Source: Podarcis melisellensis
Lineage: Eukaryota
DNA: 64,000 bases
Direction: 5' to 3' (one strand)
Assembly (NCBI GenBank): GCA_964234715.1
Contig: OZ174277.1
Shown: positions 39,633 through 51,704 of the stretch, piece by piece
How the letters are laid out: every line of letters starts with the position of its first letter
Position numbering within the stretch: the first letter of the stretch is position 1
Notes under the pieces: generated by a model
What the model saw: only the letters and a program-made list of their open reading frames with translations
What the model was told of the DNA's origin: nothing
Database searches by the model: none
Translations under genes and position numbers: made by a program

Positions 39633-40639
39633 TGCTAGGCATACTGGTATGAAACAGTAAATAGGATAAGAACAGATTAGCTACAGTGCTGTTGGGGTGT
39701 CTCTAAATCTGTATCTATATCTATATTCATATCTAAATTACCCTATGCTAGAACCAACCAGACAACAAAGTTTGCCTTTACTAAAAAAACATTAACACCT
39801 GCATCAATTTTATACAATACCTCTCGTTTAAGGGTGCCTGGTCTGAATTTTATCCTTGTGGCCAGTTGCCAGAATGGAACCATGAAAAGTAGGGGGGGGG
39901 CAGTAAAATACAGCTGAATCATTCTTGTTGTTAGTCATATATGTATGCTGTTACAGCACATACTTGCTTTTTAAAACACCACACGGTAGTGGTGGCTGCA
40001 TTTGTAGTACAGTTGGGCATGTGCATGCTGTGAAGCAAATGCAAACACACAAACACTGTGCTCACTCATAGTGAAGGAATAGGCCCTAGGGTGACTGGCA
40101 CAACTATGAAAACATGTAGCAGCCTAATGAATTATGACACTGGTTCATCTACCCTAGTATTGTTTACTTTAACAGCCTAGGCAGGTCAGACTCGAAGATC
40201 AGCCTGGTAAATTAGCCCCAAAGTTGGTAGTCTACAAAATGTTTGATAGCCTGCTTTTTACTCATAAGAAGGGCTAGCAGAGAAAGGCCTATTTTGCGAG
40301 CCTACTTAGTTCCTATAGAAGAGAATGGAAGAGAAGCCTCTCCTCTGTGGAGAAGGGAAAATTTGCTCTCTACTCTTAAACTGGGTGGCCCAGGTTCAAA
40401 CTATCTAGACTCATGTCAGCCTTGTTTTAGCACTGAAAAGCCAAGTACACTCTAATGACCTCTATTTGAAGAGAGACAGAGCGGTGTAACTCTGCTGGTC
40501 TCCTTGAACTCTCCATTGTTTTTTATGCCATGATCCATGGTGTGCTTCTGGAATGATGCAGGGAGGTGAAAGTTACAAGGCACTGTATTACAATGGCTCT
40601 GCTCCAACCAAAAAGTAGCACTAGGACACGGTTGCTCAG

Positions 40640-41295
40640 CCAATGGCTTTTGAACTGTGGGACCTGCAAGGTACCACTCTGTCTCCAACATTATCCAGCA
40701 GCTATATGAAATCATCCAGAACTGTCATGTGGGGATTTTGATCATGATGTCCTCAGCATGCTGATACCATGCAGATCTTTGTCTTCCACCTGAATCAGCA
40801 GACACTGTGCAGGTGTTGGATTAGTGCTTGAAGCAGTGACGGGCTAATAAACTGAGATTGAATTCTAACCAAACAGAAGTACTGTGGCTGGGTAGTACCC
40901 GTGTCCAGGAATTATTAGAAAGACAACCTTTTTTGTGGGGGGAGGATGGCTGCACTCCACATGAAGGAACATGTTTACACTCTGGGAATATTGCTGGATT
41001 CCAACCTGTCAATGGAGTCCAAAGTGGCTTCTGTGGCTAGAAGTGATTGTGCCCAGCTTAGGCTGGTTTGCCTGCTATAGATGTTCCAGGACTGGGAAAA
41101 TCTGGCCTCAGTTGTCTATTCTCTAGTGACATCCTGCCTAGACTACTGTAATGTGCTCATTGAGTGGGGCAACCCAACAGGACCATGTATTACTGGTCCT
41201 AAAAGCACCACACGGGCTGCAAGTATGCTTCTTTGCCCAATTCAAAGTGTTGTTACTAGCATACAAAGCCCTCAAAACCCTGGGACCTAAGTTCC
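40640..41295 (+). mobile_element. Decayed L2 RT fragment
   Basis: Frameshifted ANKLRLN..TEVL, LVTSCLDYCN and AQFKVLLLAYKAL motifs. Confidence 0.8.
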
Positions 41296-41654
41296 TTAAC
41301 CCCTGGGAGCTTACCCCTCAGTATCAACTTTATTGTACTGCTGCCCTGGATTTTGGGAGGAAGAGCGGGCTAGAAATAAAAATAAAAAAAGAAATGTGGC
41401 AGTGTAGCACATTTAGGGTCACTGCTATCCTAAAGAAGGCAGACAGATTGAAGGAAATTAGATTCTGGAAAAAACCTGGGTAAACAAGGAAGAGCTCCCT
41501 TAACCAAGGAAATGCATTCTGCATATGCTCAGAGGCACGTAACACTATGTGTCAAATATTTGGTAGAGAAAAAAGATGCTAACCCTACCTTTAGTTAAGA
41601 GTAACTCCCTACACGCCACAGTACAGACCCTCAAATTATATGAACATATGAATA

Positions 41655-41785
41655 AAGCTACCTTATTTAGTCAGAACACTGATCTATCTAGCTTAGTATT
41701 GTCTATACTGACTTAAAGCAACTCTCCTGGTTTCAGACAGGAGTCTTTTCTAGCCCTACCCAGAGGTGCCTGGGAATAAATCAGA
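41655..41785 (-). mobile_element. Squam3-like SINE relic
   Basis: aagctaccttat..agtcaga...ctatctagcttagtattgtctatactgac body. Confidence 0.6.
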
Positions 41786-43320
41786 CTTTACTGAAAACAT
41801 CAACATAATATTGCTTGCACATTTCCACTATATCTAGAACTACAGCAGCTAGAACCTCCCATCACCACCACTACATCCACTTAAAGAAAGCAAATAATCC
41901 AGGGAATGCTAATGTTCCAAGCAAGCTTCAAGATACACGCCTAAAATGTAAGAAAAATTCAGCTACTGGGAAATCTACCTGTAAGACACTCCACAAAAAT
42001 CACTGAAAATCAGCTGAGTTTTAATTGGATTGCAAGGTCCCATATGCATCAATTGGACTTGTAGGTTTTAACCAATACATATTTACTTAGAAATTACTCC
42101 CAAGTATAGACAGGATTTCAGTTTTAAGTTCTTTTAACCAATTTAAGCACAGTTTAAACATATACAGATGATATCAAGAGACAATAGAACAGCAGGAAGA
42201 TATTTTTTTGTTAACATTTCACCTCTTTTCAATGAAAGCAGTTAACCTTAATGCATGCATCTGGAGCCTTCAACACACTGATCAAAGCCTAAGAATAATT
42301 TTAGGTCCCCTTAACACACAAGAAATCCATTTTTTTCTGGACAAGCTCTGTGTTAAAGCTAACAGAATGAGCTAACTTAGTTGCATTATGTAAGTCTCTG
42401 TTGGGTTTGTTATGCGAGACTGTGGTTCATTAAATGAAAGAAGGCAGTGACAGGAAAAATTATTGCCCATATCAATTAGTGATTAGGCTGACTACTCTTA
42501 CCCTCAAAGTGCAATGATTTGCCCGTTAATTATGTTTCAAACATGACTGAAATCTAACCCAATTAGTTCAAGACATTTAGTTTTAAGATAACCTTGAATA
42601 TGCAGTTTCTGAAAACATGCTGAATGAAACCAAGAACCATTGCAAAAAATATATGACTGAACTCATAGCTGAAGAGTTGAAAAAAGGGAAAACATGCCAA
42701 TAATTACACAGAAAACACTAACTATATATTAAATATCTTCAAAACATTTGTTTTATTTTTAAACTGGTCCTTCTTGGAACTAAGAGAGGGTAGCTTATTC
42801 AGTGGGTTTTTCCTACAGCACTGGCATATATACCCTTCCTTGCAGGTGCCAATTCTTTTGCCAGCAACCATACAATCAGCCTCTGCTCACATGGCTAGAT
42901 CTAAGTTAACCCCAGTCATGCAGAAGCCCTTCTAAGAAAAGTGGGTCTTACACAGCTAGATCAATATTTAAAGATACTCTTAAGGAGAGTTAAGATGTGA
43001 AAGAAATGTGCCTAATCCCAATCCTCTCAGCAGCATGCTTTGCTCACTTTGTATGATGCCATGACATTATAAGTACAGCAGTGTCATATTACTAAACAAA
43101 CAGAGTGTGCACATTCTGGAAAAGCAAGATAGGGCATGTGAAGCACATTCATGAGATGTTTTCTGTGTAGGAGTCAAGATTATGGAAATGGCAAGATCTA
43201 TAAGGGGTCAGTGGGCTACATATGTAACACAGGCAATATTTTGTCTTCCAATCTAGTGCGAACAAACACAACTTAAAAGCATCCTCCCATATAAAACCCC
43301 CACATTTCTGTTGTACTTAC

Positions 43321-43408
43321 GTGATTTGATATTGGCGTCTCTGTAGGTGCCATTGAGAATTGCAAGTTCCATCAACTGCATCTTTTTAAGGCTATCTTCT
43401 CCTTCTGC
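43321..43408 (-). CDS. QKI: QKI exon 5 (88 nt, QUA2 region): [29 protein letters not shown](P)
   Basis: Manual translation of the reverse complement: tttgttcag|GCA GAA GGA...AAA TCA C|gtaagt. Phase 0 in, phase 1 out. Not present in the ORF track. Confidence 0.98.
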
Positions 43409-45430
43409 CTGAACAAATAAAGTAGACTATTAGTAGAGTATTTTACAGTATCAATGCGCTTGCAAAAGCTTATCACATTTCAATATATGAAGTGGAAACA
43501 TGTTTGCAAAATAGAGAAACTCCCTCAGATGCTACTCTACCTACATGAGGTCCCTATTTTTTCAGTCCTAAATCTAAAACACTACTCTCCTTGGACTTCC
43601 TCCTACATTCTAAGAACACTGGAAGGAAGCCAATATTCATAACTTCTAAACAGCACTGAGCTTTTTAGAAGGACAGCATAGCAGAATTGGAGGCTGTTCT
43701 CTTTCACACAACATTTTGGATACCATAGACTTTATCAAACAGAACTGCATGAAAGGCACAAATGCAGAGCTATAGGCGGTCTGCAACGGAAAACTTTATT
43801 AACAGCTTTGCATGAAACATGGTTGTATAGTGGAAGCTGCACATGAGGCTATCTTGGGCTTCCATCAAGTCTTATAAAGTAAGTATCTCTTTAAATCCCA
43901 AAAGAAAAATAACAATTGGCAGTTGCAAGCAGTTACAGAGTTATTGACGGTAGATTGGGGAAACCATTTAGATATTGTTTCTGCCAGGGACATCTGCAGA
44001 CAACATATTTCCAAAGTTACTATCCATGCACACAAATGCTGTTTTCCATCTGGATTCAAAGTCCATAGTTCAGTTGCTAAAACTTTAACAGACACAATTT
44101 CTACAATTACAGCAGTCTTGTGCTGACAGATCACAAAGCTACAAATAGCAAGGTGTTTAATTCTGTATTTGGATTTATTTTGCAGCTTTAATGGATAGTA
44201 AGTATAAACTTATGAAAGATAATCTTATGTACTGGAAATGCAGCAAATACTGCAACACCCCCACCTTCCACTTCTATCTTGTCAGAAGGTGGGGTTGCCT
44301 ATATCACCTGATAATTTTGCTTCTACCATGGCTGTGGATATTGTATCATTTTGAAATGATACTTACCCATATATTTGGTTTACAAAACTCTCTCTATAAA
44401 CGTGGCTGCATGGCCCACAATGTAGTTTTTGTTTATTATGCCATTGTTTAAAATTAGCTGGTGTTTTTTCATTAATGTTCAAGGACAATAATAATTGTTC
44501 CACAGTCTTTTCTTTTCAAATCCTGAAAATTGTATAATTCTTTTTTGTGATCCAGAAACACAAGTTAAAACAATTTATGGTGTAAAAGCACACCACAATT
44601 TTTTAATTGTTTTCTTTGGCCAATACCTCTCCTCTCAATTTACTAAAAAGCATGTTTCCAATGTCAGAAATTTCAGTAAGCATTCTACTTCAAAGAGGGT
44701 GAAACTGAGGGTGCAAAAGGGAGATGAAGAATCTTCAACGGAAATCAGACTACATGTAAGTCTGTATCAATGAATAAAGTACCGTAATTTATACTGCTAA
44801 GGTGCTGCTGTAAGTAGACTTCTGGAAAGTCTGACAAAGCATGGTTTTTATTAGTTTAATATAGTTGGCAAACCTTTTATTGTCTAACTAGCTTTTCTTC
44901 TCTAACACACTAAACACTCACATAATTGAAATGTTTAGTGTTCTTGTTAATAATTGGAGGGGGCGGGCAAAGAAATTGTTGAATTCTAGTCTCTAGTAAC
45001 ATTGAAAACCATATTATATGCTGTTAAGATTTTGCGCTGAATTTTCTGATACTTTTTACTATGCTATAAATGTTAGATAAAAGCTAGGTGTTACNNNNNN
45101 NNNNNNNNNNNNNNNNNNNNNNNNNNNNNNNNNNNNNNNNNNNNNNNNNNNNNNNNNNNNNNNNNNNNNNNNNNNNNNNNNNNNNNNNNNNNNNNNNNNN
45201 NNNNNNNNNNNNNNNNNNNNNNNNNNNNNNNNNNTTTATATATATTTCATACAGTAAAACCTAGTTGAAATCATTTTTGAATTTCACATGCAAGTATGGG
45301 AGAATTCCATGTAAGAGATTTTTTTCCACCAGGCAAGAGTAAGAATCTTGAGCACATAAAAGTGATTAATCACAAGCTAATCACCCACAGTTGCCCAGCA
45401 CAAATAACAACAATCAAACAGCTTCCATAT

Positions 45431-45560
45431 AGAATTCATAGAATTGTAGAGTTGGAAAGGACCAAGAGGTCATCTAGTTCAACCACCTGCAATGCAAGAA
45501 TCTTTTTTGCCTGAAGTAGGGCTCAAACCCATGAACCCGCTCTACTGAATGTGCTATCTC
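45431..45560 (-). mobile_element. POM-like SINE relic
   Basis: catagaattgtagagttggaaagg...catctagttcaacc.cctgcaatgcaag, as at 6375. Confidence 0.55.
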
Positions 45561-45781
45561 TAAAGCGACTTTTCCACATATGCACTGGAGCTTCAAGAGT
45601 ACACTGTCATTCCCTCTGTCTACAATGCCCAGTCTATGAGTGCTGTTGTTTATGTAGCCAAAAATGCACCACTCGTGTGCAAGAGGGAGGTACCACCAAG
45701 CTTTGGTAGACACTAACCATCTGCAGAAATACAAAAAATAGTTAGGAAAGCGGGGTGATTCCAAAAACAGCCCACGAGCTC

Positions 45782-46041
45782 TAGGGCTGGGCGATACCTG
45801 GTTTCAACAATGCACTATTATCACCAGCTAAATATCACAACATACTGATATATCACAATGTCTGAATTTAGGATGGAGCTTTGTCGAGCCACTGGTTGTC
45901 TTTGAGGTTTTTCCCACATTGTGATTTTTGCATAGCATGCACACACCATGAATTGCAATATATTGCCAGGTCAAAAATTATGAAATGTGTATCATAATAT
46001 AGACTCGAAAGTGAATTTGGGCAATATAACACCCAGTTCTA
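45782..46041. mobile_element. hAT-like MITE
   Basis: TIR tagggctgggcgata / tataacacccagttcta. 8-bp flanks acgagctc / aagagttc (6 of 8 match). Confidence 0.65.
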
Positions 46042-46197
46042 AAGAGTTCATAGTGTTCTCAGTTGTCACAGTGTGCTGACTGCTGGAGTGGCTAGAAGTC
46101 GAAACAGCAGCACTCCACACTACAACATTTTGTTGCGAATCCAGTATTATGTTCTAACTTTGAGACAAAAATGTTACACATCATTAAGATCAAAATA

Positions 46198-46404
46198 CAG
46201 TGGTACCTCCAGTTGCAGACAGGATCCGTTCCACAGCTCCGGTTGGATCCCGAGGTTTTTGCAACTGGAGGTGCCTGTTCTGTGCATGCACGCAGAGCGC
46301 GCTTCTGAGCATGCGAAGAAACCCAAAAATATACTTCAGGTTTTGCCACGTGCGTATCCCGAAGGATACGTAACCAGAGGTGTGTGTAAGTAGAGGTACC
46401 ACTG
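46198..46404. mobile_element. Tc1/mariner-type MITE
   Basis: 12-bp perfect TIR CAGTGGTACCTC; TA target duplication on both sides. Confidence 0.9.
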
Positions 46405-46947
46405 TACTGGCATTTAACTTGCAAGGACCCACAAAAACACTGTGAGAAAACTGTGAAAATGGAACATTGGTATAAGACAGAAAATTATCATGTGGTTTTA
46501 TAGTTACCAGTACTCTTAACTCAAAACAGGCTGTGACGAAGGAAGGATGCTTGGGAGAGGCTTTTCCCACTCGTTTCCTTGCCCAATTGCAACACAACAG
46601 TTCTGCAGTGCTGCCAATGGGTCTTACTCTCTGGTAGTTCCTGCCACCCACTCCTACTTACTGTTGAGATTCCTGCATTGCAGGAGGTTGGACTAGAGTA
46701 TGATTCTATGATTCTTGCAGCCCAGATGGGATATACCAAAGCAACTTTGGGAAACAACTGACTGGTACCATTAAAGATGGAAAAGATTCATTCAAGAAAT
46801 GAATTTATGAAGAAAGTTCTGAAAGAAATGTAGCCATTTTAGGAAACAACAGGATTTACTGAAATAAACCCCAATAAGAAAAAGAAATTGTGATAGGGAA
46901 TGAGCATGGATTATGTTCAACTAAGTGCACTTGCAGAAGAATAGTAG

Positions 46948-47110
46948 ATAGGAAGGTACCTTTTACTGAGTCAGACCACTGTTCTATATAGCTCTTTATT
47001 GTCTACACTGAGTGGCAGGGCCTGTCTAGGGTTTCAAGCATTGCCAGGGGTTGAACCTGTGACCTTCCAATGCAATGCAATAAGCTCTACCACTGAGCTG
47101 TGACCCTTCC
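46948..47110 (-). mobile_element. Squam3-like SINE
   Basis: ataggaagg..cctt..actgagtcagacca...gaacctg.gaccttc...gctctaccactgagct tRNA-like head. Confidence 0.7.
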
Positions 47111-48469
47111 CGAAAGTAAACAAAAATTACTACTAGCAGCTAAGAATGGATACCAAATGAAAACAAGACATACTATTTCTGGCTTAAACATTTGTGGACA
47201 CTCAAACTGTCAACGCCGTTGTACTTTTCTGATACAACTTGGTAACTAAAAAAAATAATCAAAGTCAGATTTGGATCCCTGCAAATACCTCAGCAGGATA
47301 TGCAGCACCAAACTAATGATATGGCATACTTTCTTTGGAATAAATCTATGATGCACATTACAGTGCTTAGGCCAAGCAACAGTAAACTGACATCATTATT
47401 TTTTAGCCAGCGCTACTGCCTTATCTTTTTCAAAGTAAGCTATCAGTTCAAATGATATGCAAAGACTATTTCACTGACAAATTTAATGGTCACAATGTTA
47501 AAGACACACCAAGGGTGGGGGGAGCTAGCACTATCTCCTTGCATTTCTCTTCACTTGGACATTTTCTATTTAATGATACTTGCTCTAATTGCAACTTTTC
47601 CCATGATTCCTTTTTTTAGTTATTTAACATGCAACAAGATAAAGTGCCAGGAGTGAATACATTTGTATATGTCCAGGTTCAGAGTCACTACCATGGAACT
47701 TATATAATTCTAAATATTGACTTAGTTTTTGGTAACACTGCTCTACATAAGAGGGGCTAAAAACCATATTCTTTGGGCATGAACACGAGTTAATGTGAGC
47801 TGTTTATACAAAAAAAATGTATAAACATTTAAGCTCACCACACTATTTGCACAGCAACTGAATACCAAGCCCTGCCATGGGAACCCTGGTGATGGAAGCT
47901 GAGATACCCATGAAAGGAAGTTACCAAGTTGACCCTACTCAGATCCAAGTACTTAGACAGTTTGCAGTTCTTTGACAGAAAGGCAAGTAGTAAATTGGAG
48001 GTATGGTGTTTTGTTTGAGGTGCCATCTTTCCTTTAAAAGTTTGCCTCTGGCAGGCAAGGATACAGGTGTGTCTTATCTGCTTGCTTGTTTTTGTTTTTT
48101 AAGAAAAAGGGTGCCCATATTTGGAATTTCTAAGGTACAAAATTTAGAGATTGCTTATTTGGATGTGTGGTCCTACAAATAAATGCTTCTCTTGCAGAAC
48201 ACACCTACGTAATCTAATACAGTTCACTAATTAATCTACGGAATTGGATTCCACAAGAATCAGTGATAACCTCCAACTTAAGACAGCTTTAAAAGGAGAA
48301 TGGGGCCAACTCATGGGAAATAAGGCTATTAACTTCACCTGGTGCAGAATTCAGTGGCCAGGTTGTTCATCAGAGCAAGACATTTTGAGCCTATTACACT
48401 GATGCTGGCCCAAACTGCACTGGCTGTCAATTGGTTTCCTGGACCAATTCAAGTGCTGGTTTTGACCTA

Positions 48470-48820
48470 GTAAAGGTAAAGGGACCCCTGACTATTAGGT
48501 CCAGTCATGACCGACTCGGGGGTTGCGGCGCTCATCTCGCTTTATTGGCTGAGGGAGCTGGCGTACAGCTTCCAGGTCATGTGGCCAGCATGACTAAGCC
48601 GCTTCTGGTGAACCAGAGCAGCGCACGGAAACGTCGTTTACCTTCCCGCCGGAGCGGTACCTATTTATCTACTTACACTGGCATGCTTTTGAACTCCTAG
48701 GTTGGCAGGAGCAGGGACCGAACAACGGAAGCTCACCCCATCGTGGGGATTCGAACCACCGACCATCTGATCGGCAAGTCCTAGGCTCTGTGGTTTAACC
48801 CACAGCGTCACCCGCATCCC
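48470..48820 (-). mobile_element. Sauria SINE inserted into an L2 relic (~48415-48870)
   Basis: Same subfamily as 38736-39086. Duplicated gttttgaccta (48459-48469, 48826-48836). Rejoined flanks read LHWL...QF..LVLTYKALNG. Confidence 0.92.
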
Positions 48821-50729
48821 TAGGTGTTTTGACCTATAAAGCCTTAAATGGCTCAGGACTGCAATGCCTCAAGGACTTTTTATTACGTATTTTGTGTTTT
48901 TCATATTGTATTTTGATGTTGTGAACCATCCTAAGATCTACTGATGATGGGTGATATAATAACGATGACAACAACAACTAGTAGTGGCAGTGGCAGTGGT
49001 GGTGATGGCTACATACTACCTCCAGGATCAGAGACAGCACTACTCTGAACAGGGGAAAGGTCTATTGTCCTCATTTCCTGTTTGTGGAATTTTTCACTAG
49101 CATCTAGTAAAAGGATAGGCTTTAATCTGATTCAGCAGGGCTCTTCTTATGCCATTATTACTCAAACGTATGCATCCTCTAAACCGCCAGAGATAATACA
49201 TATTACAGACCAGTGTGCACCCCGTGCAGAAAGAACTTTTGTTATAAAAAGGTACATGCACAACAAATAAAGTTACTCAGCTCAACAAGATACATTATAA
49301 ACCCAAGTCAAGTTATTTTCCACTAGTGTTTTGTTGTTACCAGCATATAAATTCCAGAATGATGATAATGCTATTTCTGTTGGGTGGCTACAGCTCATCT
49401 TACTTCTGGCTAAGACTTGCATTCAGCCAGTTAAAAATACAGAGTACTAAAGAAAGAATTGCATGTCCTCTCTTTAGAGGACAAATGTGTCAGTCACATG
49501 ACCTTACATTTGAAAGACTTGACTGCTCGACTGGCAGAGTATGCTGCCAGAGATTTTTAAATTATCTAGCTTTGCATTTACATTTTTGTTTCTGAAAGTA
49601 GAAATATTCAGGTAATTTACAGGGACTTTGATAACTTCTTGAAAAAACCTACATGCACTAATGTGACCATTTTAGTCATATTTTTAGTCATATTGTTAGT
49701 GAGGCTACCACCTTCTACTTGGCATGCCCATAACCATATTTTTTAAATCACTGCCTCAATCTTATCTTCAACATAAAAAATAAAAAATTCACATCACTAC
49801 CTTGAAGGCTTGTGTTCAGAGTATTCAAGTATGTGAGAAATGTCTGCCAAGTAAGCTACCATACACAACCATGCAAAGTTGATCACATGGAAATTTTAAA
49901 TCTGTCAAAAAAAGTTTTGCTTCATCATGTAACTTAAAGAATTGATTCAATATCCCCCCCCCCCTTTACAGCCAACACACTTCTGTATGTAAAAGTAACT
50001 GCATATGTTGGCTTTTCATTTCTTCACACAATTTTGAGAAGATCCTAGAAGTCAAAGCTCAAGATTTGATCTAATTAATAATCTGGACAACTTTATGAAG
50101 CACCTAAACTCAATCATCAGAGGGTGAGCTGTTGTGCTAATCATAATGGAAATTTTGCTTAGTGATTTCTTTGCACTTTCTCCCCACCCCCTCCAATTTC
50201 AAGAGCCCCAAGAAACTGTTTTTTTGCCCAATCCCAGCTCACTTGCTATCCAGCAACTCTTTCACAAGTTTTTCCCCTGCCAGCAAACAAGTGCTAGTTG
50301 GGAGCAGAGGCTGGATGGTCCATGTAAGCTTTCACTGTGCAATTAACAAGGTAAGTGAGTCCCTGGCAGGGGAAGGTTCGTTCCGCAGACCCCCAGGGAT
50401 GCCCTGACCCGCAATGGGAATCACTGTACTAAGAGGTCAAAAACAGGGAGTAGTATAGGGAAAACAATGCTGATTTAACACAATGTAAGCTTTGATAAAA
50501 TGGCAGAAGCTCAGTGGTCAAGTATATGATTTGCATACAAAAGGCCTCAGAGGTTCAATCCCTAGAATCTCTAGGTAGGCTGGGAAAGCATCATGGGATA
50601 GGCAGTTTTATTTTTCCATCCCTTTCATAATGATTTCTAAAATGGAATTAGCTTTTCTTCACAGCTGCTACACACTAGGTTGCCAACACAAATTCAAAAG
50701 CTACTAGTGTATGTGTGTATGCTGTGGAG

Positions 50730-51060
50730 TTTATATCCACAGACACCGGTGTCCCATTAATTCACTTATTTTTACCATGTTTCTGCTATGAGCACAATAC
50801 CTATGTATGCTTTTCTTTAAAACCAAGCACCCCAGCCCACCCATTTTGATCTGGATACCTCTAGCATTAGCATTTAAACATTGGTATACAGTGTACCTCT
50901 GCAAATGTCTTTGGCACAAATGTTTTAATCTAAAGCAACCTGGATTCACTGAATGGCTATTATGCCCACCTGCACTTGCATTGTCTAGTTCTGCCCTCTT
51001 CCATTTGAACATTCAATCGTTTTCACCCTCAACCCTTCAGAATGATATATCTTGAACATT
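50730..51060 (-). mobile_element. CR1-type LINE endonuclease N-terminal relic
   Basis: CLNANARGIQIKMGGLGCLV resembles the CR1 APE start (CLY.NARS...K..ELE.LV). Confidence 0.6.
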
Positions 51061-51423
51061 CACCAGCCTTCTCCCAGTTATCAATTTAAAAGCTGCTCTT
51101 CCACCTTTTTGTTTTTAAACAGCAACATTTTTGTTCCACTCTGGTTTAAGTAGAGCCCTCCCAGTTCTATGGGGCTGGTTTATACCCTTATGCGCCACCC
51201 GACAGTACCAAACAAATCCACCACCCCCCATACAAACATCACTGTCTATTTCACTTGTTGAAGTCCCCCCTGAGCTGTGCCTGTCCAGGTGGCCCTATGA
51301 ATGGTATAGGTAGCTTTTCAGATAAAGCTACTTTGAAGATTCTAGCTTTCAACCTCCTAACTAGCAACCTAAGTTTTGCATCAATGGGGCCTGCATTCAC
51401 CCTTTCCGTTGAAAACTCTTAGG

Positions 51424-51704
51424 CAGGGTAGGCAACCTAAGGCCCATGGGCCACAAGTGGCCCACAGGGGTCATTTAACTGGCCCACGAGCCGTCCCCGA
51501 ACTGAGCCGTCCACTTGGGGAGTCTCCGCGCACTGTGCTAAACTGGTGCAGCGTGGTGCCTTGCTTCCGGGGTGCCGAAAATCAAGTTTGCGCAGAAGCC
51601 GGAAATCATGGGCGCATGTGCTCACACACAGGCACAGTCCAACCCACGGAGGAATCTACACTGGAGTGAACCGGCCCAGGTGAGGTAACCCTTGCCGATC
51701 CCTG
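51424..51704. mobile_element. hAT MITE
   Basis: TIR cagggtaggcaa / ttgccgatccctg. Perfect 8-bp TSD CTCTTAGG (51416-51423, 51705-51712). Confidence 0.9.

Larger units (their letters stand above)
20315..43408 (-). other. QKI: QKI (Quaking) gene, 3' portion: exon 5 to distal poly(A) site; intron 4 continues to the window end
   Basis: Exon translations match QKI QUA2 and the Pro/Tyr-rich C-terminal region. GT-AG boundaries and phases are consistent, and alternative terminal exons occur in the expected order. The distal end is inferred from an AATAAA. Confidence 0.97.
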
